Shown here: in pieces, positions 41,393-52,173 of the stretch
Layout of the letters: the number at the start of each line of letters is the position of its first letter
How positions within the stretch are numbered: position 1 is the stretch's first letter
NCBI GenBank assembly: GCA_963662665.2
Contig: CAXXJS010000010.1
Location: 256,001 to 320,000 of the forward strand
Origin: Candidatus Latescibacterota bacterium
GTDB lineage: Bacteria; Latescibacterota; UBA2968; GCA-2709665
DNA length: 64,000 nucleotides
Reading direction: 5' to 3'
Translations under genes and position numbers: made by a program
Notes under the pieces: generated by a model
Told to the model about the DNA's origin: nothing
Database searches by the model: none
What the model saw: the letters and a program-made list of their open reading frames with translations, nothing else

Positions 41393-42907
41393 ATGGCAAC
41401 TGAGACGATCCTGACAATTATACTGTTGTTGGTGGTATTTCTGCTCTTCGTGACGTTTATATCCAGGTACAAACGGTGTCCATCCAACAAAATACTGGTG
41501 GTTTACGGCAAGACCGGACAGGGGGCGGCAAAATGTGTTCACGGGGGCGCCGCATTCGTTCTTCCGCTCCTTCAGGACTATGAGTACCTGGACCTGGAGC
41601 CGTTTGTCACTCCCATAGACCTGGACAACGCCCTTTCACAGGAGAACATCCGCGTGTCCGTTCCCACAACCGTCACCGCGGCGGTTTCGAATCAGGCGGG
41701 CGTGATGCAGAACGCGGCAATTCGCCTGCTGGGTCTTTCGCGCGAACAGATCCAGAGCCAGGCACAGGATATCATCCTCGGTCAGATGCGGGCGGTGATT
41801 GCCACCATGGAAATCGAAGAAATCAACCGGGACCGGCAGGCTTTTATGTTCAAGGTCAACGAAGCGGTCTCTACCGAAATGGAGAAAATCGGCCTCGGCG
41901 TGATTAACGTGAACATCAAGGATATCGAAGACGAAAGCGGTTATATCAAAGCCCTCGGGCAAAAGGCCGCGGCCGAAGCCATCAACCAGGCGACCATTGA
42001 CGTTGCAGAGCAGGAGAAAATGGGCAAGGTGGGCGTGGCCGAGCGGGAACGGGACCAGCGCACGGACGTGGCCGCCGCACACGCGGCCGCGGATATCGGC
42101 GAGGCCGAAGCCGCCAGGGACCGGCGCCAGAGGGTCGCCGCACTCGAATCCGAAGCCCAGATCGGAGAGGCCGAGGCCACCAGAAACAAACGCCAGATGG
42201 TCTCTTCTCTGGATGCGGAAGCCGTCCAGGCGGAGGCCGAGGCCGAATCGAAAAAGGCCGGATACATGGCACAGCAGACAGTGGCCGAAGAGGTCGCGCG
42301 GCAAAAAGGACAGGAAGCCGCGAAGGCCGCGGACGGCGCCATTCGCGTCGCTCAGGAAAAGGCGGAAAAAGAGGCCGAGGAAGCCCGGGCTCTGCGCGAA
42401 GAGGCTCGGCTGAGAGCCGAAATTGTCGTACAGGCGGATGCACAAAAGCAGAAGCTGATCGTCCAGGCGGAAGCCGAGAAGGAGCAGCGGACGCTTGTGG
42501 CGCAGGGCGAGGCAGCCGCCATTCTGGCACAGCGGCGGGCCGAAGCCGAGGGCACGCAGGCCATCCTGGATGCCAAGGCGGAGGGCTACAAGGAGTTGGT
42601 TTCCGCATGCGGAGGCAAAGACCAGGCTGCCGCAGCCTTTCTCATCGTGGAACGCCTGACCGAGGTCGCCGGTATCCAGGCCGAAGCCATACAGAATCTG
42701 CCCCTGGATAAGATCGTGGTCTGGGACGGCGGCAACGGACAGGGTGGTATGTCCAACCTCGGTCAGCGCCTGATGGGCGCCATTCCGCCGATGCACGAAC
42801 TGGCCAAACTTGCGGGCCTTGAACTGCCGGAGTTCCTCGGTAGAATGACAGGCGAGACCAATCCGGGGGACGATCCTCCGGAGAGACCGGAAAGTCCATC
42901 GGAATAG
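41393..42907 (+). CDS. Flotillin / SPFH domain protein
   Basis: N-terminal TM, RYKRCPSNKILVVYGK, GQMRAVIATM.IEEIN.DR, long EA-rich coiled coil, DKIVVWD. Confidence 0.92.
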   Translation: MATETILTIILLLVVFLLFVTFISRYKRCPSNKILVVYGKTGQGAAKCVHGGAAFVLPLLQDYEYLDLEPFVTPIDLDNALSQENIRVSVPTTVTAAVSNQAGVMQNAAIRLLGLSREQIQSQAQDIILGQMRAVIATMEIEEINRDRQAFMFKVNEAVSTEMEKIGLGVINVNIKDIEDESGYIKALGQKAAAEAINQATIDVAEQEKMGKVGVAERERDQRTDVAAAHAAADIGEAEAARDRRQRVAALESEAQIGEAEATRNKRQMVSSLDAEAVQAEAEAESKKAGYMAQQTVAEEVARQKGQEAAKAADGAIRVAQEKAEKEAEEARALREEARLRAEIVVQADAQKQKLIVQAEAEKEQRTLVAQGEAAAILAQRRAEAEGTQAILDAKAEGYKELVSACGGKDQAAAAFLIVERLTEVAGIQAEAIQNLPLDKIVVWDGGNGQGGMSNLGQRLMGAIPPMHELAKLAGLELPEFLGRMTGETNPGDDPPERPESPSE

Positions 42908-42947
42908 ATAGGCTTGAAACAGGAATCGCCAATTGAACAGACCCGAA

Positions 42948-44561
42948 ATGCCGGACAACGCGCCGTCCACGGCCGACCGCATCGGTATCGCCCGGTCCCT
43001 TCCTGAATCCGGGAACGACGAAGCCCGGCGCCGTGGGCGCGCCGGCGATACCGCGATGGAAACCGGCGACCTCCGGAGCGCAGAGGCTGCCTACCGGGCT
43101 GCGTTAACTCTGGATGCCGACAATATCCGGGCGCGCCACAACCTGGGTGTGGTCCACTACAGGCAGGGCAAGTGGAGGGACGCACTGGACTGCTTTGCGC
43201 GTTGCCTGGGTCTCGCGTCCGATCGCAGCGCGGACCTGTATTTCAAGATTGGTCTCTGCCGGACAAGAGGGGGCGTCCAGGGAGCCATGCAGGCCTTTGA
43301 AGCCGTCATAGCAATCGATCCGGACCATCTTGAGGCGCAATTTCAATTGGCGCTCTTGCAGGCCGAAGGCGAGGAATCGGGTTCCCAGGGTCGGCAACAG
43401 GCGGTAGAAGCGCTTCGCTATATTCTCAAAGCCGTAGACCGGGGGGCGCCCTTCGCGAACGTGGACGGCACCTGCTTCCTGCTTGCCAGCTTCCTCGACG
43501 ACCTTCCGGAAAACATCGAAGAAGCAATCAGGGTTTACCGTCGCGGGCTGGAAGCGAATCCACTGTTCGCCCCCGGCCACAACAACCTTGGCGTTCTGCT
43601 CATGCAGACCGGCCAGACGCTCCAGGCTCTTGGCGCATTCAAAATTGCCATCCAACTCGAGCCGGACTATGCCCTGCCGTACAGGAACCTGGCGCATCTT
43701 CTTTTTGATCACGGTAGTTCAGCCCGGATGGAACAGGAATACACGTCCATCATTGAAGAATTCGGCGCAAAAGCGTCCTCGGTCCTGGCGCGCCTATCCC
43801 GTGAGCTCATCGACCTTGGACGTGTGCAGGTGGGAGAAAGCCTGTATACGCGCGGGCACCAGATCAAAAACCTGATGGGTCTGGTGGGGAGCCGTACGCG
43901 CCGGCTCATTCGAACGGTCCCGACGGAGGATTCGGTTCTCAACGACCTGAAAGGCATCGCCCGCGACCAGGAACACATCTACGATCAGTGGGTCGCCTAT
44001 CTGCGCAGCATGAAGCAGGACCCGCTCAATCCCTCTCTGGTGGATATTCCGCAATTAGTGGGCAAAATCAGGGAGGCCGTCTCTACCCGGACCGGCGCCA
44101 TCGCACTCCGTTTTGCATCTGAACCACAGGTTCCCCAGGTCAAGGTCGATCCCGGTATGTTGCGTGAAGCCGTTACCAACCTGATTCTAAACGCGCTGGA
44201 CGCCGTGAATGATCGTGGTGCGGTCACTGTACAGACCGGCTACGACAATAAGCGGGCATCGGTTTTCATCGAAGTGGAAGACGACGGACCCGGCATAACG
44301 GAAGAGATTCAGGCCAGGATATTCGATCCCGGTTTTTCCACCAAGGAAAAAGGCAACGGATTCGGTCTCAGCATCTGTTCCAGCATCGTATCCGCCCACA
44401 GAGGAAGCCTGCGCATGATCAGCCGCCCCGGCGCCGGCGCCGTGTTCCGTATCGATCTTCCCGTGGACTTCGAACTCGTCTCCGGTGCGGAAAGTATCGG
44501 CTGGAGCGGCGATCCGATTTCAGCGGCGCGGCTGCCCCTTGCAGAAGAATTCATCGAGTAA
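42948..44561 (+). CDS. Soluble TPR-repeat sensor histidine kinase
   Basis: TPRs (ARHNLGVV, GHNNLGVL); H-box GHQIKNL, NLILNALDA, DDGPGI, IFDPGFSTK, GNGFGL; no TM segment; start uncertain (TTG 42933 or ATG 42948). Confidence 0.88.
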   Translation: MPDNAPSTADRIGIARSLPESGNDEARRRGRAGDTAMETGDLRSAEAAYRAALTLDADNIRARHNLGVVHYRQGKWRDALDCFARCLGLASDRSADLYFKIGLCRTRGGVQGAMQAFEAVIAIDPDHLEAQFQLALLQAEGEESGSQGRQQAVEALRYILKAVDRGAPFANVDGTCFLLASFLDDLPENIEEAIRVYRRGLEANPLFAPGHNNLGVLLMQTGQTLQALGAFKIAIQLEPDYALPYRNLAHLLFDHGSSARMEQEYTSIIEEFGAKASSVLARLSRELIDLGRVQVGESLYTRGHQIKNLMGLVGSRTRRLIRTVPTEDSVLNDLKGIARDQEHIYDQWVAYLRSMKQDPLNPSLVDIPQLVGKIREAVSTRTGAIALRFASEPQVPQVKVDPGMLREAVTNLILNALDAVNDRGAVTVQTGYDNKRASVFIEVEDDGPGITEEIQARIFDPGFSTKEKGNGFGLSICSSIVSAHRGSLRMISRPGAGAVFRIDLPVDFELVSGAESIGWSGDPISAARLPLAEEFIE

Positions 44562-44564
44562 CCC

Positions 44565-45971
<1,407 letters not shown>

Positions 45972-46016
45972 CCACGCCCAATGATCCATAACGATCCCGG
46001 CAGTGAGGGTTTAGAT

Positions 46017-46058
46017 TTGACAATTGCCACTTGACGTCAATTGTAAATTTGATATATT
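46017..46058 (+). promoter_or_regulatory. Sigma70-like promoter with overlapping inverted repeat
   Basis: TTGACG (46031-36), 16 bp, TATATT (46053-58); IR TTGACAATTG (46017-26) / CAATTGTAAA (46038-47). Confidence 0.5.
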
Positions 46059-46210
46059 CGTAGCGAGCCTCGTGCTTTGATGCATTCTGCATCTTTTCCG
46101 GTCCCGCATCTTCTGGCGGGAATCCTGCGGGTTCACAATCGGAACAGGATCACATATCCTGCCCCAATTGCTCTACAAGGAATTGGTCATCCGCTTAACT
46201 GGAAACAGGT

Positions 46211-47995
46211 ATGAGCGAAGCCGAAAACGGCCCATCCGGCCTGATCTTTCCCCAAGATGATTCAGAAGTTTCTCCCGCACAACAGTGCCTCGACGACGCT
46301 GGGTTTTCCAGTAACGATCAGGTGTGGTTGATACGGGTTCTTAATCGTTCGGACTGTTTTAGCAATTCCAGCGGCGTGTCCGTATTCCGGGCCGATTTCG
46401 CGGATGATTTCGCGCACCTCCTTCCCGGAGTCGTCAATCCGTTAAACGAGTCGGATCCTGCGGAGGACAGTAGGCAGACCCGCCTAGCGCTTCTCTTCAG
46501 TTTTCTGCTTGGCTTCGGACCTGTCCACAGTGAGGTGGTTCGCCCGAGCGACAGGCTGGTGAAATCGGGCGGGAACTGGGTTCTTCCCGACTGGGTCCGA
46601 GAGTTCCAAGGGTATGCGGAATTCTGCGCAGAACGTTTGAATTGGGACAAGCTCGTGGCAATAAGGAACGCGTGCCCATTCCTGTTCTTTGATCTTGTTC
46701 CATTTCTGTTTCCACACGGCCTGCCGTTGGGTCAGGTCGTGAATCTGGATATGTTGGATCCGATTCGACGGGAGGGATGGTCCAGCGCAGATTTTGAAGA
46801 CCCTGATCAGCTCGAATTCTGGCTCAAATGGCGTTTTGCCGCAGACTCTGAACGTCGCGATAAAATAAAGATAAACACCCTGCAAGAGTCGTTTTCCGAT
46901 TTTCCGGACGATGTACTGGGCGACAGGATTCTCGGCCTTCTCAATGGAATCTCATATTCGATGAGCATTGGCTTTGCATTGGGTACGGTGAGTATGAATC
47001 CGGCGGGTGACGGATGGCGGGTGGTCGCAAATGAGCTGGTTCCGTTCCTTGACCTCGTGAATGAAAAACGGCCGGAATCGATTCAGGGACGTTCATCCTT
47101 GCTTAATGCATGGTGGCGGTTGGCAGTAGTAATACACCACAGAGGTATGGGAGCGTTAGACTCCGGTATTTCCGATGAACTGAGAAATCGGCTTGTGGAC
47201 AGCGCTGCCAGACAAATCGGCATGTTGCGGAAGGTGCTGCGGGAGTCGCCTGAAGACTTTGGGTGTTCGGATTCGACTGGCGCTCCCGTTGCCGATTTCT
47301 ACGAAAAGGCCTTCGAGGTGCTGGTCGTTTTCGCCGCTCCCTGGAAGTGTTTGAGGTCCGTATTGCTGGCGTTCTCGGAGATGCGGGTCCCTTCCGTTGC
47401 ATCCGACCTTCGTCCGTGGCCGGAAGCTGACAGAGAGCCTCCACCTCATCCCTTCAGTCAAATCCCAATGTGGATCGCAACTGCAATGTATCCGCAGAAT
47501 CTTCGGGATGAACTCAAGCGAGATCCGCATCTGCTGGAATTGCGTGAAGCATTTGCCAAATTCTGCCTTGACCGGCTCAAAACCAGGAAAATTCGGTGCC
47601 AGCAGGATGTTAACCGGTCTGATTGTGCAGACGAAGGGTTTATTGAACCGCGTCGAACGTGGAGACGGTGCTACGTTCAGGCGGTGGTGGCATTGCGTGT
47701 CAATCCGGGCGGACGGGCGCACAGAACGCTCTTCTGGCTCTCCAGGAACGATCCCGATGAAACAGTTCGCGCACTCGCAACAAGGGCGCATCGACAGATT
47801 CGCCATCTCAACCGGAACAGGCCGAATCTGGATCGGGGCGCCTCGCCTCGGCGGCCGCTATTCGAAGCCTTCTGGTGGCTTCGCCAGGCGCATCTTCTAA
47901 CACTTGGAATAGAGATAGATGAAGCCGGGGCCAGCCGAACTCGACGAACGGAATTGCATCGGACACGAGAGAAGGATGATCTCCTCAACTGGTAA
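46211..47995 (+). CDS. Hypothetical protein (594 aa, W/F-rich, probably helical)
   Basis: Long open frame with ATG; no motif recognised. Confidence 0.7.
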   Translation: MSEAENGPSGLIFPQDDSEVSPAQQCLDDAGFSSNDQVWLIRVLNRSDCFSNSSGVSVFRADFADDFAHLLPGVVNPLNESDPAEDSRQTRLALLFSFLLGFGPVHSEVVRPSDRLVKSGGNWVLPDWVREFQGYAEFCAERLNWDKLVAIRNACPFLFFDLVPFLFPHGLPLGQVVNLDMLDPIRREGWSSADFEDPDQLEFWLKWRFAADSERRDKIKINTLQESFSDFPDDVLGDRILGLLNGISYSMSIGFALGTVSMNPAGDGWRVVANELVPFLDLVNEKRPESIQGRSSLLNAWWRLAVVIHHRGMGALDSGISDELRNRLVDSAARQIGMLRKVLRESPEDFGCSDSTGAPVADFYEKAFEVLVVFAAPWKCLRSVLLAFSEMRVPSVASDLRPWPEADREPPPHPFSQIPMWIATAMYPQNLRDELKRDPHLLELREAFAKFCLDRLKTRKIRCQQDVNRSDCADEGFIEPRRTWRRCYVQAVVALRVNPGGRAHRTLFWLSRNDPDETVRALATRAHRQIRHLNRNRPNLDRGASPRRPLFEAFWWLRQAHLLTLGIEIDEAGASRTRRTELHRTREKDDLLNW

Positions 47996-48114
47996 GCCTG
48001 GTTGGTGTATGACAACACTGTAGTTGGTGAATTACACCAGATGCAGGCAAAAAGCCAATGAATATATTCCTATAAAATAAATATTATTAATAACTTATTT
48101 ACATAATGTCTGAT

Positions 48115-48130
48115 TGGCATAGTTCTTGTA
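48115..48130 (+). promoter_or_regulatory. Possible sigma54 promoter
   Basis: TGGCATA-gttc-TTGTA (GT instead of GC at -12), preceded by a very AT-rich tract at 48060-48107. Confidence 0.45.
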
Positions 48131-48228
48131 GTTGGAGACATTGCACGATGAACCGGGTCGCTACTCAACTGCGGAAGTACAGTGTCCCCCTGAAACGGCC
48201 CAATTCCACGACAAAGGAGGTGACGCCA

Positions 48229-48378
48229 ATGGCCAAATCACGCGGGAATCGTTCGAGTGGAAACCGGAGCGGAGGTAATGGCGGAAACGCTCGCGTTGCC
48301 AACCTGCCAAGCAAAACCGGAAACCCTTCCGGGCCTCGCCGCGGCAATGCGCCGCCCAGAGGAGCAAAGAGCAAATGA
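48229..48378 (+). CDS. Small basic Gly/Asn/Arg-rich peptide (49 aa)
   Basis: Near-perfect RBS AAAGGAGGTGA just before ATG; MAKSRGNRSSGNRSGGNGGNARVANLPSKTGNPSGPRRGNAPPRGAKSK. Confidence 0.7.
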   Translation: MAKSRGNRSSGNRSGGNGGNARVANLPSKTGNPSGPRRGNAPPRGAKSK

Positions 48379-48585
48379 CGCACCGGCAGGGGTTGGCCGC
48401 TGATCGGCCTTGATGTCAATCGGCTAAACCCTGCACCAACATTTCGTTTTGCCAGATGCGTCGCACTTCGAGGCTAAATAGCCTCACGCCTGATCCCGCC
48501 GGGATTGTGCTACGACGCATCCTTTCATGACAGCGTGGATTGGAAATCTCGTCCCTGTAACGTCATTTCGTGAAAGGATATACAA

Positions 48586-50178
48586 ATGGAACTCCGTTTT
48601 CTAGGCGGTGCCGATGAGGTCGGCGCTTCGTGTACGTTAATTGAAATCGATGGTCAACGTATTCTGGTGGACGCCGGCATTCGCATGGGCCCCAGTAACA
48701 ATTCAAAGTGGCCTGGTGTCGGTAATATGGACAAGATTGACGCTCTGTTGCTGACCCATGCGCATTCCGATCACACGGGTTCGCTGCCACTGCTTGCAAA
48801 GGAGAACATATTACCCGAAAAGGTATATTGTACCCATCCGACAAAACAGATTACACAGGTGTTGTTGGAAGATGCCCTAAAACGGGTAGAAAAGAGCAGG
48901 TCACCTGAGTACACTTCCGATCACGCGAGTTGCGCTTTAAGCCGAATGTCATCGGTGAGTTGGATGGAACCCGTACAAGTGAGCGACTGCGCAAAAGCTA
49001 CGTGGATTCCCGCCGGGCATATTCTGGGTGCGGGAATGATCTATCTCGAGGGCAAACAGGATAGCATACTGGTGACGGGTGACGTGTCTGGTGACGATCA
49101 GTTGACGATTCCCGGCATAGTTATCCCCGAGTGGTGTCGGCCCGACGTGATCGTGATGGAATCGACATATGGTAATCGACAACATAAGGATCGCGCTTGT
49201 CAAGAAAACGCCCTTGTTCAGCACGTAACCAGGGTGACTGAAGCCGGCGGCAGAGTGTTAATTCCTGCGTTCGCCGTGGGGCGATCTCAAGAGGTTATTC
49301 TGGTTCTCAAGGATAGCCTTGAACGGAGACAGATTCCGTTGTACGTTGACGGGATGGTGCGAAGGTTAAATGACGTGTATTCACGTAGCGTACCCGACCT
49401 CAAGCCATCTTTGCAATGCAGAGCGATCGGGGGAGGCGACATTTTTTATTCAGATTTCGTAAGAAAAGTGGAATCTAGGGATCATCGCGAACGTATTTTG
49501 TCGGGTCCACCTTGTTGTATTGTAGCATCTTCCGGGATGTTGAACGGTGGTGTGTCGAATGCATATGCCGGACATTTTGCTGGTGATCCGGAGAACCTGA
49601 TCGCAATTGTGGGCTATCAGGGGGAAGGTACGCCTGGGCGTGCGCTGGTGAATCTGTCAAAGGCAAAAGAACTTGAAGAGCGGAAGTGGAAATTGAGCCA
49701 GAAGGAGTATGTGAACGTGAGGTGCGAAGTGAAGGAATACTCGCTTTCGGCGCACGCGGACCGGATGAAATTGACGGAATTGGTCGAGAGACTGAGTCCG
49801 AAAAAATGCTTTCTCGTACACGGTGATGACTCTGCACGGAAAGGATTGGCCGAATCCGTGCGAAATTCGTCTCCAACCGTGGACGTGCGACTTCCCGAAA
49901 ATGGCCGGACATATACCTACACGAAGAGAGCAGGCATCACGAATGGAAAACAGTTTGGCAATTATAGAATTCTCGCTGAACTTAATTCTTATCTGCAAAA
50001 GATAGGGGCGACGGGGCCATTTCGCGCGCGGGATTTGGCCGAGTATTGGTTCGGCACGGAAGCGACGACGCTCTTTGAGGAGAAGCTGTTTCAATTGTTT
50101 CTGACGTTGGATCGGCAGGAGGTCTTTGTTCGGGACCGCCAATCTCCTCATCTTTTCCGTCTGGGATGGATTGTGTAG
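48586..50178 (+). CDS. Metallo-beta-lactamase / beta-CASP ribonuclease (CPSF73/Ysh1-like)
   Basis: GGADEVGASC, THAHSDH, GHILG, TGD, MESTYG, PAFAVGRSQE, ASSGML, SAHAD, LVHG. Confidence 0.9.
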   Translation: MELRFLGGADEVGASCTLIEIDGQRILVDAGIRMGPSNNSKWPGVGNMDKIDALLLTHAHSDHTGSLPLLAKENILPEKVYCTHPTKQITQVLLEDALKRVEKSRSPEYTSDHASCALSRMSSVSWMEPVQVSDCAKATWIPAGHILGAGMIYLEGKQDSILVTGDVSGDDQLTIPGIVIPEWCRPDVIVMESTYGNRQHKDRACQENALVQHVTRVTEAGGRVLIPAFAVGRSQEVILVLKDSLERRQIPLYVDGMVRRLNDVYSRSVPDLKPSLQCRAIGGGDIFYSDFVRKVESRDHRERILSGPPCCIVASSGMLNGGVSNAYAGHFAGDPENLIAIVGYQGEGTPGRALVNLSKAKELEERKWKLSQKEYVNVRCEVKEYSLSAHADRMKLTELVERLSPKKCFLVHGDDSARKGLAESVRNSSPTVDVRLPENGRTYTYTKRAGITNGKQFGNYRILAELNSYLQKIGATGPFRARDLAEYWFGTEATTLFEEKLFQLFLTLDRQEVFVRDRQSPHLFRLGWIV

Positions 50179-50202
50179 GCTTGGTTTAGAATGCAGTGAC
50201 CC

Positions 50203-50230
50203 GCCCCGGCGATCATCGCCGGGGCATTTG
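50203..50230 (+). terminator. Probable intrinsic terminator after the beta-CASP gene
   Basis: gccccggcgat-c-atcgccggggc followed by atttg. Confidence 0.55.
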
Positions 50231-50595
50231 TCTGTCGCGGTCAACCGGCATGCCCTAATCGTCTCCGCTCGTACTTCGTAGGGGTAATCCTTGTGGTTGC
50301 CCTGATTCATGCACATGTCACCATCCCGCATAATGCGGGCGAGACGCCCGCGCTCCCGGGATTGCAAACGCACTGACGAAATATGTTCGTGCGTTCGTAA
50401 TTTTCCCGACTTGGAAAATCTCCGAACAAGATGGTTTCGGTAGTAGGCGTATTGCGTTATATTGTGCCGGACCTGGTGAAGGCATTGAAGACCTCGTGCA
50501 GCGCGTGCATGGGCGAGCCATTTGGGCCGGGACTTTATGTCACACGCGATGGACAGCAGCCGTATGGTCGATGAGCTCCAAACAGAGGATTGTGA

Positions 50596-50928
50596 TTGAG
50601 GCTACCCAACGCCCAACGGGCTCGCGTTGACCCGGCGAAGATTACTGACTATTTGCTTTCAGCAAGTCATCCGGATGGTCGGGAAAAGGCTAAGTTCTTT
50701 TTCAACTTCGGCTTTTTCCCAGCACAATGGCAGAGTCTTTCGGAAGCGTTACGACTTCACGGAGCGAGCCATGAAGCTGTCGAGAAGGAGCAAGGGATCT
50801 ACGGTATAAAGTATATTGTGGATGGATCGCTTGAGACTCCCGATGGACGCAACCCTTACGTACGGACCGTCTGGCACATCGACAGGGAAAGCGACTATCC
50901 AAGGTTCATTACGGCATATCCGGCCTGA
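50596..50928 (+). CDS. DUF6883-like protein (putative toxin)
   Basis: KITDYLL..HPDGREKAKFF...YGIKY...TPDGR...TVW...PRFITAYP; TTG start after GAGGA. Confidence 0.75.
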   Translation: MRLPNAQRARVDPAKITDYLLSASHPDGREKAKFFFNFGFFPAQWQSLSEALRLHGASHEAVEKEQGIYGIKYIVDGSLETPDGRNPYVRTVWHIDRESDYPRFITAYPA

Positions 50929-50944
50929 TCGTTAGGAGACAGAT

Positions 50945-51286
50945 ATGTTCAAGGAACTGGACGTTATAGCGCTTACAGCCGAAGTTCCGCCCAATCACAT
51001 TTGGGATGTCCCATCCAGCAGCCCGCTGATTGAGAAACGCAATCCGGCGGAAGGGCTGAAAGTCGGCGACATTGGCACGATTGTATATGTCCAGGGTAAC
51101 GGGGAAGCCCTTGAGGTTGAATTCCTGGGTCCGGAAGGCAAGACGATAGGCGTTGCCACGATCTCGCCATCGCAGGCCCGCCTGGCCACGGAAGAAGACC
51201 TCACAAAACGATCTCTTCTGAAAAAAGCTGGCAGTCCGGCCTTATCACGGCCTCACGGTAGATTGAGAAAGCGAAAGCCTGTTTGA
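50945..51286 (+). CDS. DUF4926-like protein (putative antitoxin)
   Basis: FKELDVIAL...GLKVGDIGTIV...EVEF...GKT; RBS AGGAG; directly after the DUF6883-like gene. Confidence 0.75.
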   Translation: MFKELDVIALTAEVPPNHIWDVPSSSPLIEKRNPAEGLKVGDIGTIVYVQGNGEALEVEFLGPEGKTIGVATISPSQARLATEEDLTKRSLLKKAGSPALSRPHGRLRKRKPV

Positions 51287-51440
51287 GTACTGTGAATTCA
51301 TCGCACTCACCAGCCTAGGGTTCGTCTTGAGGTCGAGTGTTTTACGCACAAGCGCGGAGCCGCCAGCCTCTAGCCCTGCGGAGGACCAGAAAGAGGGGCT
51401 TCTTCGACGCTCAGGTGAATCCGATTGCAGGGGAGGTACT

Positions 51441-52173
51441 ATGAACATTATCGTATTCGGCGCGGCAGGTTGGCTTGGAAGGGCGGCGCTGGCCGCTCTT
51501 GACGCGAACCATCGGGTAAGGGCTTTCGACTATGGTCCGAGGGCCTGGAAAGCCTGGAACGATACCGACGGTGAATGGGCGGGGGGTGACATCGTTCACG
51601 GAGATATCGTGGATTTCGATGCCGTTCACCGTGCCGTGGCGGGCATGGACTCGGTATTGCACATGGCGGTGTACCATTCGGACGCGCCCGGCGCCCACGG
51701 TGTCGATGATCGGAAACCTTTTCTGATCAACGTCAAGGGACTCTGGAACGTTCTTGAATCCGCCCGGCGGCACGGCATCGGGAGGATCGTACATATCGGC
51801 TCCTGTCAGACCGCCCACCCGGGGGGCATCTTCTTCTCGGCCGACGTCAGGCGGCCCGACGGCGGCCTATATGGTGTCACCAAACGGCTTCAGGAAGAGA
51901 TGTGCCGGCAGTTCCACGATGCGTTCGGGCTGCGTATCATCGTTCTCCGGCCTGACTACATTGTTGACAGCCGACTCGGGATCGGCCGGTACAGAGAAAA
52001 ATTGGGTACGGAAGAGCGTCCTTACCGCCAGGGCTGGGTGTGCCGCCACGACCTTGCCGAAGCATGCCGCCTGAGCCTGGAATCTCAGGACATCGATTTC
52101 GACGTTTTCCACGTCGTGGGGACGCCGGGGGCCGACAGGACTTGCAACGTCGCGCGGTCCCGCGAGATTCTAG
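51441..52173 (+). pseudogene. NAD-dependent epimerase/dehydratase, 3' end cut by IS1182
   Basis: FGAAGWLG, GDIVD, INVKG, YGVTK; native tail LGLEYRGNLEQYRTDAGVQ* resumes at 53806..53865. Confidence 0.8.

Noticed and set aside
41636-42982. 448-aa minus-strand ORF
   Set aside because: Antisense to the low-complexity flotillin coiled coil
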